From Ramazzottius varieornatus (taxonomy: Eukaryota > Animalia > Tardigrada), in contig BDGG01000002.1 in the NCBI GenBank assembly GCA_001949185.1, forward strand, positions 1,795,826 to 1,859,825: 64,000 nt of DNA. Direction: 5' to 3'. Position 1 is the first letter of the stretch. Each line of letters starts with the position of its first letter. The translations under genes and the position numbers were made by a program. The notes under the pieces were generated by a model. The model made no database searches. It was given only the letters and a program-made list of their open reading frames with translations, and was not told where the DNA came from. Below, piece by piece: positions 1-12,662 of the stretch.

Positions 1-124
1 CCATACGCGACTGATAATCCACTGCAGTCTTCGCGGAAGTTTCTTTCTCCATCCTCTCGGCTTCTTTGTCGGCAGCAGATTTCTTCGGTGGTCGACCACG
101 CTTCTTCTTTGTCGACTCCGCCAT
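1..124 (-). CDS. 5' part of an ORF running off the window edge, with an AT-hook motif; host gene or transposase N-terminus
   Basis: Reverse strand from ATG at 124 reads MAESTKKKRGRPPKKSAADKEAERMEKETSAKTAVDYQSRM without a stop to the edge. KKRGRP is an AT-hook. Confidence 0.45.
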   Translation of the reverse strand, partial: MAESTKKKRGRPPKKSAADKEAERMEKETSAKTAVDYQSRM

Positions 125-1248
125 GCTCCACCTAGATGTGTGAGTGAGAAGACACGGAACAACAAGATTCAAAACCAGTTATCTTCAGAAAAGACTGAAA
201 TGAAATTGAGCATAAAAAATAGTGGTACTGGCAAAGAGTTTGCAGGCAGTAATAAGGCCACCAAGTTAAAAAAGTGTAGGCAAGCAAGCACTTTTGATTG
301 CTTGCTTGATCGTTCTGACGGTCCGACGCTAACCGGGCACAATTCACGGTTGTCTACGGCTGCTGCCAGCAAAAGCAATTATTCACGGGTATTAGTGCTC
401 ATTACAAATCGACGGAGAATTTCCTTCGTGATTCACGAACGAAACCCCCATTCGTTTCGTGAATAGCGACATGAATTACAAATTCAAAATGTTTAAACAT
501 TTTTAATAGCAATCGTTTCGTTTGAAGCTTCGTTTGTTTGACCCGTCTCGTGAATTTTGCAAGGTCTCTAATCTGTCGAGTGACGAGCGAAACTCTAATC
601 CGCCGACGTTATGGTTGTTGCACCAATTCCGCTGTTTTACAGTATTGTTTGTGTTTGAAATTATAATTCGGGTGGCATCTTTTTTTGTTGGTTTGTTGAG
701 TTTGTTCAGTTTGTTCTCCACTGCAGATTCGTGGATAACAATAAAATGTGTGCAAGTAAATGACCCACTTGTACGACGATTATCGGAGGTTACGGATATC
801 CATGCACTGCATACGTGGCGTCCTCTGTCATCACATTGTGCGCACTGTTGATCTTTTAATTTACGATGTTGTTGTTGCAGTGAAGGAGAGCTTGGATCTC
901 GCCGATCGCCAAGGAAACAAGTTCACGAAGCCATTTAGCCGCTCGATAAACAATTGGTTGACTGCGAAGGTGCGACGTGTGGCTTGAGATATACTCGCGA
1001 GCTGAAAAACATGGGCCTAGAAAATGAGCCGCGAGCCATGCAGCTGACAAACGTAACTCTTACCAACTACGCCACCAAAGCCAAAAAAAAACTCAAAGGC
1101 AAGTGACACCATACTTTTATGAACGTGTGACGCAGTTTTAAACTTGAAAAACAGATTGTTTTTCACCTGTTAAATTTTCGCTTCGATCATCGCGACCTTT
1201 GTATTTAGCATTGCTTTTTTAGAAAATTCGGCGGTAAACACGAAAACC

Positions 1249-2325
1249 ATGTCGGGTCGTCGTTATGCACAAGACTCTATTTGCCTGAAGGACGTTCTCC
1301 GTGGTCTCGGTGAAATCTTTTCAGAGGATAAGGTCGATGTCGATGAAGTGAAGAGTCTGCTACGCGCCTACAAGAGCAACCCCAAAGACTGGCGAAAGTA
1401 CTGCACATGGGATCCAGCCAGGTAATATTGACTTCCCCTTTCGTGAATTATGGCCCTGAAAGTTTGATGTATATTGCAGGTACACGAGGAACCTGCTGGA
1501 TTCGGGCAACGGCAAGTACAACGTCATCATCCTGTGCTGGTCGGAAGGCCAAGGCTCAGCCATCCACGCTCATGCCAATTCCCATTGCTTCGTCAAGGTC
1601 ATGGACGGCCAGATTCTCGAATCTATGTACGCCTGGCCCGAAGATGACAACGAAGAGGCACCTATGCGCATGTTGAAAAAGACCTCAGTCAATGTTGACG
1701 AAGTCTCCTATATAAATGGTAACGAGAACTGTGTTTTCGTTGACTACAAACGATCAGTCAAAAATATGCCAACGAACGACCATTCAATCGTTCAATCAAT
1801 CAATGGAGAAGAATGATTTTGGTTGTGTAATAACATTCAGTCGGCCGGTGGCGCACTCTACTAACCCATTGCGTTGAAAGCATGCGCCACTTGGGAAATC
1901 AAGCAGATTTGTCAAGGATACTTTTCCTGAGTGGCGCACTTCTTCAGCCAGTAATACCGAAAACGTGCGCCACCTAGGAAAACAATCTTGCCGAGTTTGT
2001 GTACCGAATTCTCTGTTGCTCCTAATTCTCTCTTTGTTCGTTTGACTGGGCTATCTTCAGTCAACAAACCGATGGTGGCTGAGTGGTACTTTATCTTGCA
2101 GACAGTATCGGGTTACATCGTATGGAGAACCCCAGCCACACTGAGCCGACCGTGACGCTACATGTCTACATTCCAGCCTACGGTGAGTGCATGTGCTTCG
2201 ACGAGCGCTCGGGACATCGCAGTGTCTGTCAGGTGGTCTTCCACAGCGCCCAAGACGGTACCATCGACTACGGCAACGGCAAATCTTCAGCAGCGGAAGG
2301 AGGCTTCGATCGCATGAACGACTAG
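1249..2325 (+). CDS. CDO1: Cysteine dioxygenase type 1; exons 1249-1421, 1480-1718, 2102-2325
   Basis: Spliced product has YKSNPKDW, RYTRNL, CWSEGQGSAIHAHANSHCF (HxH plus crosslink Cys), IGLHRMENPSH (third His) and LHVY (crosslink Tyr). GT-AG introns keep the frame. Confidence 0.95.
1840..2012. repeat. Intronic palindromic repeat, two units, in CDO1 intron 2
   Basis: Cores 1848-1856/1882-1890 and 1931-1939/1965-1973, each pair 25 nt apart. Right arm ggaaaacaatcttgccgagtttgtg is shared with other copies. Confidence 0.85.
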
Positions 2326-3600
2326 CAGTCGGCTCGCTCAATCTATTTCGCCTGCAGGCTCTAGCTCACTTCTGATTTTTTTCCGCATAACTCCGGTGCG
2401 CTGTCATAGCCTTTGTCACCTTGTTGACGGCAAGAACTTGTTGTGGTACTTTCTTCAGTTTTATGCGCAAGGACATGGCCGACTAATCCATTGCTGCTTG
2501 TTTACAGATGCGCCACTTCCCAGAGGCAGTGGCGCAGGAGGATTATTTTTCCATCTTATCTTTTCAGGTTTTAGCTTTCGTTTACAATCATACCATGATG
2601 CTGTATACATTGGTAAGATACTGTACGGTTTAATGAGACCTTCGACGTCTGCACCGCGAAACTAAACCGAAAATAAACGCTACGTACGGAATTGAATCTC
2701 GCAGATTTGTGCAGGAACAATCTCTCTTCGACGTGCTACTCGTCTTTTCGACAGGCTGAAATTCGACTGGAGTGAAACTGGGAGTTCGGGTCCAACATTG
2801 CGAATGCGGTCTTCGGGAATCCTAGGAGTTGGTTGAGTTAACCCTGAAGCAGCCTTTCTGTCGTTTATGGGAGAGAGTGAAAGTTAGTTTACCAGCCTTT
2901 GGCTTCTTGAACCCTACAAGCGCCAATTTTCACTGCAGAGCGCACAGTGAAGAGAAAGGCAGTGTAATAACCAACTGACAAGGGCTCAAGCCTCTCTATC
3001 TCTGTCTCGTATACGTAGAGTGGACAAACTTCGAAGCGTCACGCTGGACAGTCGACCCGACCATAATTAAAATTTAATCAAAAACAGATAAATGTTCCGA
3101 CAAATTATTAAGCACACCTTCTCGAGCGAAGACAACTGTTTCCGCAAAGCGCTAGTTTTGGAGAGGGCGGTCGTCTACGATTTTTAAGAAATCGCCATCC
3201 AGAGTGAGTTTTGCTGCCATTTTTAAAAATTGCTCGTTCAGCATTACAGGTCGCCGTTTGAAAAAACTATCACTTTGTAGGCGAGGTAGTTATCCACGAT
3301 TTTAGTACTGGTTGCCTTTTTACCAAACGCACGAGTCGAGACTCGAGATAGACCGCTGCAAAAACAAAATCGTGTTTCTGGGTTCACAGCAGCGCACTTC
3401 AGCGTCTTTGGCGTGACGCGCACCAGTACAGTACATTGAAGCAGGACCATTACACTAACATACGGAGCGGTCTTTACACGGGAAACGTTCCCAATCTTCC
3501 GTATCTAATTGTTTCCCGAAGGAATGGAATACGAGGAGACAGTTCTAACTTCGCCCATTTGCTGGACGGGAGATTACTTGACCCACAGACGCTTAATTCA

Positions 3601-4665
3601 TTTTTTTGCGTACAGGTAAATTCAGCATAAAGCAAAGATAACGAAATGCTAACACAAAGCATACAACAAACTACACCACTTGTTTCTGAATATCTAGAAC
3701 AAAAAAGACCTCTTTTAAGCCCCGAGCATGAGGAAAAGTGCCCAAAACACAAGCGGAATTGCCTCTCTGAATATCAATGGAGACTCGTTGGCGAAGAAAT
3801 TCCGAAGATCTTTTCTCTCCCGTTCTATCTCTCATCTTCTTTCCAATTTCATACAGGAGGTCCGTCGCGGCAGGTCCAAAGGTACCGTAAACTTCGAAGC
3901 CAACAGGGCTGAAGAAATACCTCTCTTCCAGGTTGGTGTACCTATCCACTCTCAGTCCTTCGGCTCTTCCCGCGGCATATCCAGCTTTATCGAAGCAGCC
4001 TGCAACATAAGTCTGGCACAATGTATCAACACATGTTACATCCCAAACCAGTGCTTTCCCTTCCTTCCATGGGATCTGGGTCATTCCGTCAGGGCGCTTC
4101 ACTGAGTTGTCCCGGAGGATGCCGTTGGGCTCCAGTATGGTAGGGATCTGACACGACACGAGGGCCCTCTTGATGGAATCATTCAGGGAAGAATGGCGGC
4201 TGTGGCGTCCGGCGGAGTACTTGCAGCTGAGACCGTGACGTCCATAGATGTCCACCTGTGCCGAACACCGACAGGTATGGGCCTCGCACAGCGGAGCACC
4301 CAAGCGTAAGCCGACGGAGATCCGGAGGGCGTCATCGTTAAGAAGATTGCCTAAGCAGGCAGCCGGCAGTGCGTGTAGCCAAGCGCCCGACTCTTTGGCG
4401 GACACAGCGAGCATCCTGGCCTTGTCCAGCACTGAGCTTGTTTCTAGTATTTCAGCAAAGCATTGGTCAGCAAGAGGCTGACTCCAGACGCGCTGTACTC
4501 CTCTGAGGGCAGCTATCGGAGGCTCAGTTCCCGATTGAACACTCCAGCTTGCCAACTCATCGGTCATCCACGTCGAAATCGGCGACCATTCCGGACGTCT
4601 TGCAGAGTAGATCGAGGCCAAATAGACCGGGAGGGCAATCTGCTCTGCTCGGCGGATGCCGACAG
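3601..4665 (-). mobile_element. 5'-truncated non-LTR retrotransposon, CRE-like, with Zn knuckle and restriction-like endonuclease (ORF 3671-4621)
   Basis: GIRRAEQIALPVYLAS, GAWLHALP, LRLG, CRC-x6-GRHGLSC, RH, RPDG, WDVTC and QRGN motifs. Short A7 run on the minus strand at 3601-3607. No RT domain and no TSD found. Confidence 0.8.
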
Positions 4666-5432
4666 ACTATTTTCTCACTAACCTTCCGCCATAAAACCGG
4701 AAATTTCATTCCCAAGTATCTTTGAACACCTGGCTTCATTTCTGTCGGGTCAGAAGTGGGAAGAAATGGAACACCATGACGGGAGAATTCACGCAGTGGA
4801 GGTCGTTTGGGAATTTCGTTCGATATTTAGGAACACGCTTCTACAGAGGGCACGGCATTCTGGAACAAGTAAACTACAGATGGGCAACGAGCAGCGATCA
4901 CATTTCTCTGAAGATATGCCCTAAGGTTAACAATGACGTAAGACGACCGTCTTTATTCAAAATCTGAACGGCTGAAACTTTGCTCACTTCAGAGCGAAAA
5001 CGTATTGTTCACGGAGTCTTCGTTTGCGTTATTCCTTGCTGGAAGCAGTGATGTTGGCATAAGAGTAATATAATTTTGACCTAATATAATTTTGATTCAA
5101 TAACGCCGAGCTGCCGGAGTTCGAATATAATCTTAATACAATATGCCGCGACCTCGGAGAATCTGATATGATGTCAATATATCAACTTGTTTCGTCGGGT
5201 GCCTATTATAATATATTATAATATTTCTGATCCGCGAGTGAACAGAGTAGGGAAACTTTCCTCCTCAGTCCTAACATCGCTTTGGTGTTACCGAAGCCAG
5301 GGAATTTTCCTCCTTAGATACTTTATCATTTGACTAAATCATCAGATCCAGCAACAGATAGATCAAAATTCTTCCAACAAATTATCTTCGGACCGTCGAG
5401 CAAAAGAATCACCGAAACAAATTAGTCATCTA

Positions 5433-5993
5433 CACTAAGTCACATACAGTATTTATCTGTCCACCCCCATCTTCGTTTCAAAACTTCATAACTTATTTCG
5501 CACTAACCCGATTTCGATATTCTGAACGTCTTTATAGAGATCAGTGTTTGATCTTTACGACCACGTGACTTCCGTAGGGATCAATCGGTAAATCAACTGG
5601 CAGTATCATCCCTACGAACACCTAAAACTGCATTGTTTTCGGCTCCGAGTTGCGGGTGCTGATAGCACATCACGCTTGTTACTATTAAGTAGCGCCAAGA
5701 TTAAGCTTTCACGTAAGCCCATGTGAGAAAGTTTTGAAATTCTGCGGAAAAAGTTTCGTTGACATGAGATACCTACATGCATCTTTTGCCGAGAACAAAG
5801 CAGTTTTATGTTTTCGTAGGAATGATACTACCAGTTGATTTGTTGATTTATTCGTACGGAAGTCACGTGGTCGTAAAGATCGAATACTGATCTCTATGAA
5901 CACGTTCAAAATGTCAAAAATCGGGTTAGTGCAAAATAAGTTATAAATTGTTGAACAGAAATGGGGGTGGACAGATAATTATGGGGCTCAGTG
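5433..5993. mobile_element. Tc1/mariner-type MITE nested in the hAT element
   Basis: Degenerate inverted arms of about 200 bp (5433-5643 vs about 5788-5993). Ends CACT...AGTG flanked by TA at 5431-5432 and 5994-5995. Confidence 0.8.
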
Positions 5994-8680
5994 TATGCCA
6001 GGAAGATAAGCAGTGTTACGCAGACAAAGCACTTTTCTTTCCAAATGGTGTCCAGCCAGTCTGTTCGCTTTCGCTATGGTCGATAGGGTGGCAATGGCGA
6101 AAACGCGCTCCGGCGCACTCGATGCAGCTGGAATTGCCAGTATGTCGAGCGCGAGGCGACTCAAAAGAGGGAACTTTCCGCTTGCAAATATCCAGAATTT
6201 TTTCGGATTGCTGTCGAATTCGTCTGTCGAACACATGGGTATCTCCATGTTGGGCTGAATCTCCAGTTCGACAGGAGACTTCGAAGCAACCGTTTCACTT
6301 TCAGCAATGATGAAGAGATCGAGTTTGTCGTCACGACCGGAAGTTCTTGCCTGCGGTTCGACCGCACTATCCCCATCTCGATCTGTACATTGAAAAAACC
6401 GTTATGAAAGATCGAGGAAGCAGAAATGCGTTGAGCGGTCCGCACCTTTTTCTACTTCAGTATACCACTCGGCGTTCTTAATCGCCAGCCATCTCGAAGC
6501 TATGCTTTTGTCTCCGGCAGTTAGAGTGAATCGTAGCGTCTTATGGAGGAAAGTTCCGACCAAGTAAGTGGCATCGAAGTTTGAGTTTAACTCGTTAATA
6601 GTGTACCCGAGGACCCGATCCAACTCTGACGTGATAGCCAATATCACCTGCATAGAACTAGCTTGGTAATGAAAGCTCGTTTCAGCTTACAGAAGAAGGA
6701 ACTTTCCCGCTTGAGGTTTATCTGTTCGAATTGGTTCTCCGTCCCGTAATCCGCGAAATCAACTCAGAGTAGTGCGACTCCAAATGGCGAACCAGACCAT
6801 TAACGGAGTAGTGCACGCGATGAATGGTAGCTGTCTTCTCGGCGCCGAAGTCATCTGTCACCTGCAAAAACCAACCATAAGTAAGAAATCAGGGTGAAAT
6901 TTCTGTGGCCAGACTTTTGTTACCATTATTAAAGTTTATTACCGTATTGAACTTGTCGAGGAGCTTGATGATGAAGCCTACAGTCACCCATTCACCCGGT
7001 GTGAGGCACCGAATTTTGAGGTGCTTCGACATGATGTCCTGCACCGAGTCTTTAAGCTCGTAAAGACGCTTAAAGAAAAGCAGTGTGGAGTTCCATCGAG
7101 TGGAGACATCGACAGTCAGGGTGAGTTTCGTTTTTTCTTGAGCTCTCCCGTGCGATTGTTGACTTTCTAACGGTGTTGACAATTTTCCGAGTCTTGGTCA
7201 GGACAGGTTTCAGCAGAGTATCCTTCTCAGATGCGCGAACTGCTGTCTGAAGACGGTGAATGCTGCATGGGTGACGGTTGAATCTGAAACCAAGACAAAT
7301 CTGATTAGATTTTGTATTTCGTTCGAGATTTCAAATCAAGAGCGTTCCCCCTTCAACCCACCTTTCGGTGAACATCTGTTCACATTCGTCCTCGAAGCTC
7401 AAGTATCGATCGATTTCATGGTCAACGTCCACATCTTCGCTGAAGTCTTCCTGCTCGACCTGTACGACTTGCTCTTCCTGCTCGTCTACTTTTTCGAAGG
7501 CACCGTGTCGAAGGATGAGATCTTTGTACGCGGCGACTATATTCAACCCATTGTCAGTCGTAACAGCTGACACTTTCGAAGGGGGGGATTTCCCAGCTTT
7601 TCATGATTTCCATGGTTAACTCGTTCACTCTAACCGCCGTACGTGGAGGTGGGAAAGAACGACAGGCGATCGTCATGGAATGCATGGCCCTGGTTTCTGG
7701 ATCGTAAAAGCGAGCAATCATTCCAAGGAAGGACTCTGTCATGCCCTTCTTTGTCCAGATGTCTAGCGAACAGAAGCAATCAGCGTACGACAAAAAATTC
7801 GCACAGTAACCAGTGTAAAGGTAAAGCAAGCATTTACCCGCGGCAAGCGCAGTTTTATTCGCGCGTCTCAGGACGGCTTTCATCTTGGCCACCGGCAGTT
7901 CGAACACCTTATCCATTTCAGTGTTGATGGCGTATCTTCCGATGGTAGGAGCGCGATGGACGTGCTTGAGAAACATACGCTGTGTTTTAGACGTTTGTTT
8001 TTTTCTCAGAGAGTGGGAGTGGCTGTAGTTTGAAGACACCACAAGGCACGTTCTCGCAGGATTGTTCGGTATCTGAAAATATGAAACATAAACGCAATAC
8101 AGTATACGTTACAGTAAACGGGAAGTCCTCTCTAAGCAAAGAATGTAGGTTGTACCTGCGACTTCCCACCAAATATGGATCCGACGACTCGGACCTGATT
8201 TGGGGTTGGAAAAACGTCTTTGCACTAGTCGAGCGCACATGCTTCTCCGCCGTGACTTTACGAACTCTTTCAGTTTCTTCGAACTCGAGGAAGACATCCT
8301 TATGGTTGTTTCTCAGATGGCTTACAGCATTTCCGGTATGTCCGTCTGGCGTGACCACGTATGTACAGGCAAGACAGGTTGTTGTTCCCTTCTCCCCGTC
8401 ACTCACATAGAAAGACCACACCGTTGATTTCTTCTTTGGTCCACTAGAACGCTGGCGCTTCACAAGTGGCTTGGTGAATAGGGCTAACAAGAGAGACACC
8501 GACGCCGCTTCATCGTCGTCAGACGATTCCGATCCTTCGTCAGAGCTGACGATGTCGATGATGGCTGGACTGACTGCACCACCCTTCGTCACCTTCCCCC
8601 GATTCACAGCGGTCTTTGTCGGCCGCTCTCTTCTACTTGACGGTGGAGGAACTCCCTTCTTTTCCATATCCTCATACTGT
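5988..8680 (-). pseudogene. hAT transposase pseudogene (BED finger, DDE core, hATC domain)
   Basis: VWSFY..CLAC..HLRNNH (BED finger), SLDIWT, VTTDNGLNI, DVSTRWNST, FPLLSRLALDILAIPAASSAPERVF. Split over several frames by introns and frameshifts. Confidence 0.85.
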
Positions 8681-9487
8681 CCTGCAATTTCTAAAGAAAC
8701 GACACACAAAACATTCGAAAGCGCAAAACCGAACCTGGAAAAGCAGACAGTTTCGCATCCAGCAATGAGCATTGCGAGCATGCAGGTGGATCGCCGGATT
8801 CATGAACTTGCACCAGCCAATCAAACGAAGTTGACAATCAATGTATAGCCCTTACCGCTGATCAATGAACGTTGATGTGCAGGTGCGTGATGCATTACGA
8901 TCCAACCCAACAGCGCACTGTGCAGAGTCGCACGCTCTCGCTTTGCGCAAATCAAGTCTTATTTTATTCAACCGAAGCCGAAATCGCATATTAATAATTT
9001 TAATATGGAGCGCCGTGCGATTTGTTTTTAATATAATATATTCAGCCCTGGCTTCCATCCAATTTGATACTAATAAATATCCTGCTTCTTTCGAGGCATC
9101 TAATAAATGTTAATACAATATATTAGATGCAAAACGCATCTAATAAGTTCTAATTTAATATAATATTCATATATGCCAACATCACTAGCTGGAAGGCACT
9201 TGACCGTCAAGGTTTAGGTTGTTTGCATGATGGATCCACACTGTTCTTCCACAACCTCCGCGACGTCCGAAGGTAACCCTTCTATCCAGCGGTAGCTGCC
9301 GCCCTGAACGGTGTAAGCGTGAAACTCGGGAGCGGTGAGTCTTGTGGTAAAAAATTAGCGGGCAAGGCTGATTGCTGCTTTGGCTACAAGACCTTCATGC
9401 AGAGGCACCGCCCATAGTTTTACGCTCACACCGTTCAGGGCGGCAGCCACCGCTGCCTCTGTCTCTGCTCACCTGCCATCCTTGGAG

Positions 9488-10345
9488 ATGCCTGGGAAAC
9501 GGCGATATGTACAAGCTCATCCTAACATGGAAGCTGCAGTAAGTGCTGTTAATGATGGAATGTCCATAACGATGGCTGCCGAGAAGTATCAAGTATGCCG
9601 AGAAGTATCACAAAACCCTCGGTAACAAAGTGAACGGGAAACACGGGAAGAAGGTCGGACGTCCAGACACTTTCACGCTGGAAGAAGAATCGGAAAACTC
9701 CGAAACCCTCGTCCGAATCCGAAAGGCGAACGCCCTGGCGAAAGGTGAGGATGAGTTTTCTTGATCTCGTTCTCGTGTGAAGGGGCAATAAGCCAGATAT
9801 CAAACATGAAATGCGCTAAAAATAAACTTCCGGTTGATTTTGCACCAAGGATACCCTTGTCAGCGGTGTTGTTTTTTCCAGCCATGAACAGGGCTGGGTT
9901 CACCGACCAATGGCACCGGAAAATCCTTCAGAGAAATCGCGAAATTTCTTCACGGGTACTTAGCGCATTGAGCTTCAAGAAGTCCAGGGAATGGACAGCG
10001 AAGCGCTGCGAAGACTGGCTTTCGCTCCTGCAGAAGCTGAGTGAACGAGGATTTCTTGATGATCCTGAAGGAATTTGGAATTTGGACGAGTCGGGATTCA
10101 GGTTGGCGGAGCTGTACGACAGAGTGTGAACGGTGAGAGGCGTGAAGGGAGCAGTGGGATACGTGAAAGGGACAGAAAGTGACCGCGAGAATATTTCTCT
10201 TGTGGCTATGGGGAATGAAACTGGAAAGATGCTGCGACTGCTTATTATCTACAGAAGAAAAATGCATATTGAATCACATTTCCGGGACACCCACCACGCC
10301 TGCTATGTAGGCACGAATTCCTCGTACTGGATAACCTCCCCTTAA
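9488..10345 (+). pseudogene. pogo/CENP-B-like (HTH_psq plus DDE_1) transposase fragment
   Basis: MEAAVSAVNDGMSITMAAEKYQV (psq-type HTH), KKSREWT, IWNLDESGF. Stops and frameshifts present. Related to the copy at 32893-34861. Confidence 0.75.
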
Positions 10346-10919
10346 TGTGCGCAACGCGAAGCACGCCCCTCGCTCCAGGTATAGCGCTATAGACCTGGCC
10401 CATCCATCACCCGAAGCAGAAAAGTCTGCCTTATTTTCTGCAGCTGCACTGCCATCCAGACATTCGCCGGTGATTTATTGTCATCAGTGTGTTCCCTTAC
10501 CATTTACTCGTTAGAGAACGCATGGAGTCATTTTTACTGTTGAGACATGAAAAGCGATGCGACTCGACACCCAAATTTTCGATTCTGGCTTGAAACGCAG
10601 TAATGCATGGGGAAGAGTAGGATTTACGACGGAGCACGAAAGGCTGCAGCCAAACTGTAATACAATATGTGGCTTAATAAAAGTGACAGGTTATAATTCT
10701 CAATGGGTGAGGGCTTTTGCCTACGCCGAGTCGATGTTTCCTAAACTCTTGGGACAGGCTGCACAACACAACAATTTCGACCCACCTGCGCAGCACATGA
10801 ACAAGCTATTGACACAAACGGACTTCTTGATAATCTGCTCATCGCTGGGACAGCTAGCCGAAATTGCACACGGGTGTCGTACCTACAATACAACAAAAAA
10901 AGACTGTAGCCAGGTTTAC

Positions 10920-11555
10920 CGCTTTTCGCTGACAGAACTCAACGTGCCATGTGCAGTATTTGGAGGCAGCAGTGTGAGTTGACCATAGTGTAAAATGTTC
11001 TATCAATCAACAGCTAAATCAACTTCAGCTTTCATCGAACACAGCAACAAGGTTATGTCGCCGATAGATTTTGTTAATTTTTTTATTACTGATTAGCGCT
11101 GATGGTGTATTGCATCAGATTATCGCCAGGTTACGAGATCTTTCTGCTCTCCAGCATCCCCTGCTGTCTTCGTCCCCTGTATCCCCCTATATCCCTCTGC
11201 CTCTGTTTACCGAGTAAGTGCTTGGTTCAAGCCTTTGACGCTGGCAAACCGTCTGTTTCTTGCAGGCTTGTTGAAGAAGCCTCGACTTGCCCCATTATCA
11301 CCTTAATCGCCCTTGTCGTCTGTCTGGCCTCTTCAGTCGCCGTCTGTTCTGCTGCTGCTACCTGTTTTACAATTTAATTCCTAGTAAAGCGTGACGTCAT
11401 CCGATCCCACTCCAATTAGCGTTCAGACCGTTGTTCGACGTTTTCGTTATTATTGCTCTATGCACATTTTACACTATGGTCAGCTCACACTGAGGGCAGC
11501 CTCCGACAAGCTCAACATGGCCTGTCCGACGAACAGGATTGTCACCGAAGTGCCT
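10920..11555. repeat. Degenerate foldback or inverted-repeat element
   Basis: cagtgtgagttgaccatagtgtaaaatgt (10970-10998) is inverted at 11464-11492 with one mismatch, and weaker similarity extends outward. No clean TSD. Confidence 0.5.
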
Positions 11556-11641
11556 GTGGCGACTCTCCGTGTTATGTTAAGTCATGTTATGTTAGGCAAG
11601 CTTGTGGCAAGAGAGCCTCTGGGTGTTCCCAGCTTCCCAGC

Positions 11642-12662
11642 TAGTGATGTTCTAATATGTGATTATGGCATTTATATAACAAAAATGAATATCCGCCGTC
11701 CACCAAAGTCTTGATAACTTGCAATTACTATAGTAAAACCTCTGCCTGATCTAATAAAATATTACTATACTAGGACTCCTGTGGGTTTGGTATTAAGATA
11801 TATTTTAATAAAGGAGAGCCCTCCAGTAGATCTTAGCACACGGTATAAGAGGCATCCGTGTCAGCAGAACAGAAGCCCTACTAAATATTTATTCGAAGAA
11901 TCAGAAATGTTTAGAAGAACACTGTAGGTTAAAAACTGTGGGTTTAAAACTGGATTCGCTCGCGGCGGCGGCCCGGGACTCTCTAACAAGCTAGAGGACA
12001 AATGATATATTTTTTCGTAACAGTATCAATGCCTGTACTACAGCTTGCACCGTGGACCTGCACTCTGCAACATGGCGGTTTAGTGTGTCGCGCTATGTGT
12101 AGGTGCATGGTGTACGCGTATGCATCTGCATTAGCTCCTCCGTGCTGGTGTGGTAGAATCATTAGGATCTGGTGCACTTCGTGAGGCGTGGTCGTACACG
12201 AAAAGGCAGTCCCACAGTCTCGCAGTCTTTTCTGAAATGGGGGCGGAGCGCACACTGCGCACTGGGAGAAAGCATGCGCGCACTATGGGAATCACGTGCT
12301 TGACGTCAGATGTGCCAGCCACTCAGAGCGAGACTGTGTAGCTGGTATAGTGCGCTGCCTTTTCGTATAGCTATAGGTCGTACGCCGCATAACCATCAAA
12401 CAGCGCACACGCATTAGAATTTAGCAAATCAACCGGCTTTTCGAATCAGCGGTAGTGTTACGGGTATCAAAATGTATTTTATTACAGGTGATAAACATCT
12501 TAATAATCATAAAATATTGGACCCTGGTTTCAAACTTCTAACATTTTAATATCGGGTTCCGGTATCCAGCTATGTTTACTAAATACCACTAAATATAGTA
12601 GACCCTGAAACCTTCTACTATCATCTACTTGAATAAAATATTACTATATTAGAACATCGCTG
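11642..12662. mobile_element. Non-autonomous hAT element (MITE)
   Basis: TIRs TAGTGATGTTCTAATAT and ATATTAGAACATCGCTG. TSD TTCCCAGC vs TTCCCACC (7/8). Confidence 0.8.

Larger units (their letters stand above)
5046..9187 (-). mobile_element. hAT DNA transposon with decayed, intron-containing transposase
   Basis: TIR (C/T)AGTGATGTTGGCATA at both ends. Perfect 8-bp TSD GCTGGAAG at 5038-5045 and 9188-9195. Confidence 0.93.

Noticed and set aside
405-570. Possible hAT terminus with TTCGT/ACGAA subterminal repeats, which would make the AT-hook ORF a transposase
   Set aside because: The other end and any TSD would lie outside the window, so it cannot be verified.
2975-3000. CTGA|CAAGGG resembling a second Tc5-like end
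   Set aside because: No matching opposite TIR or transposase was found.
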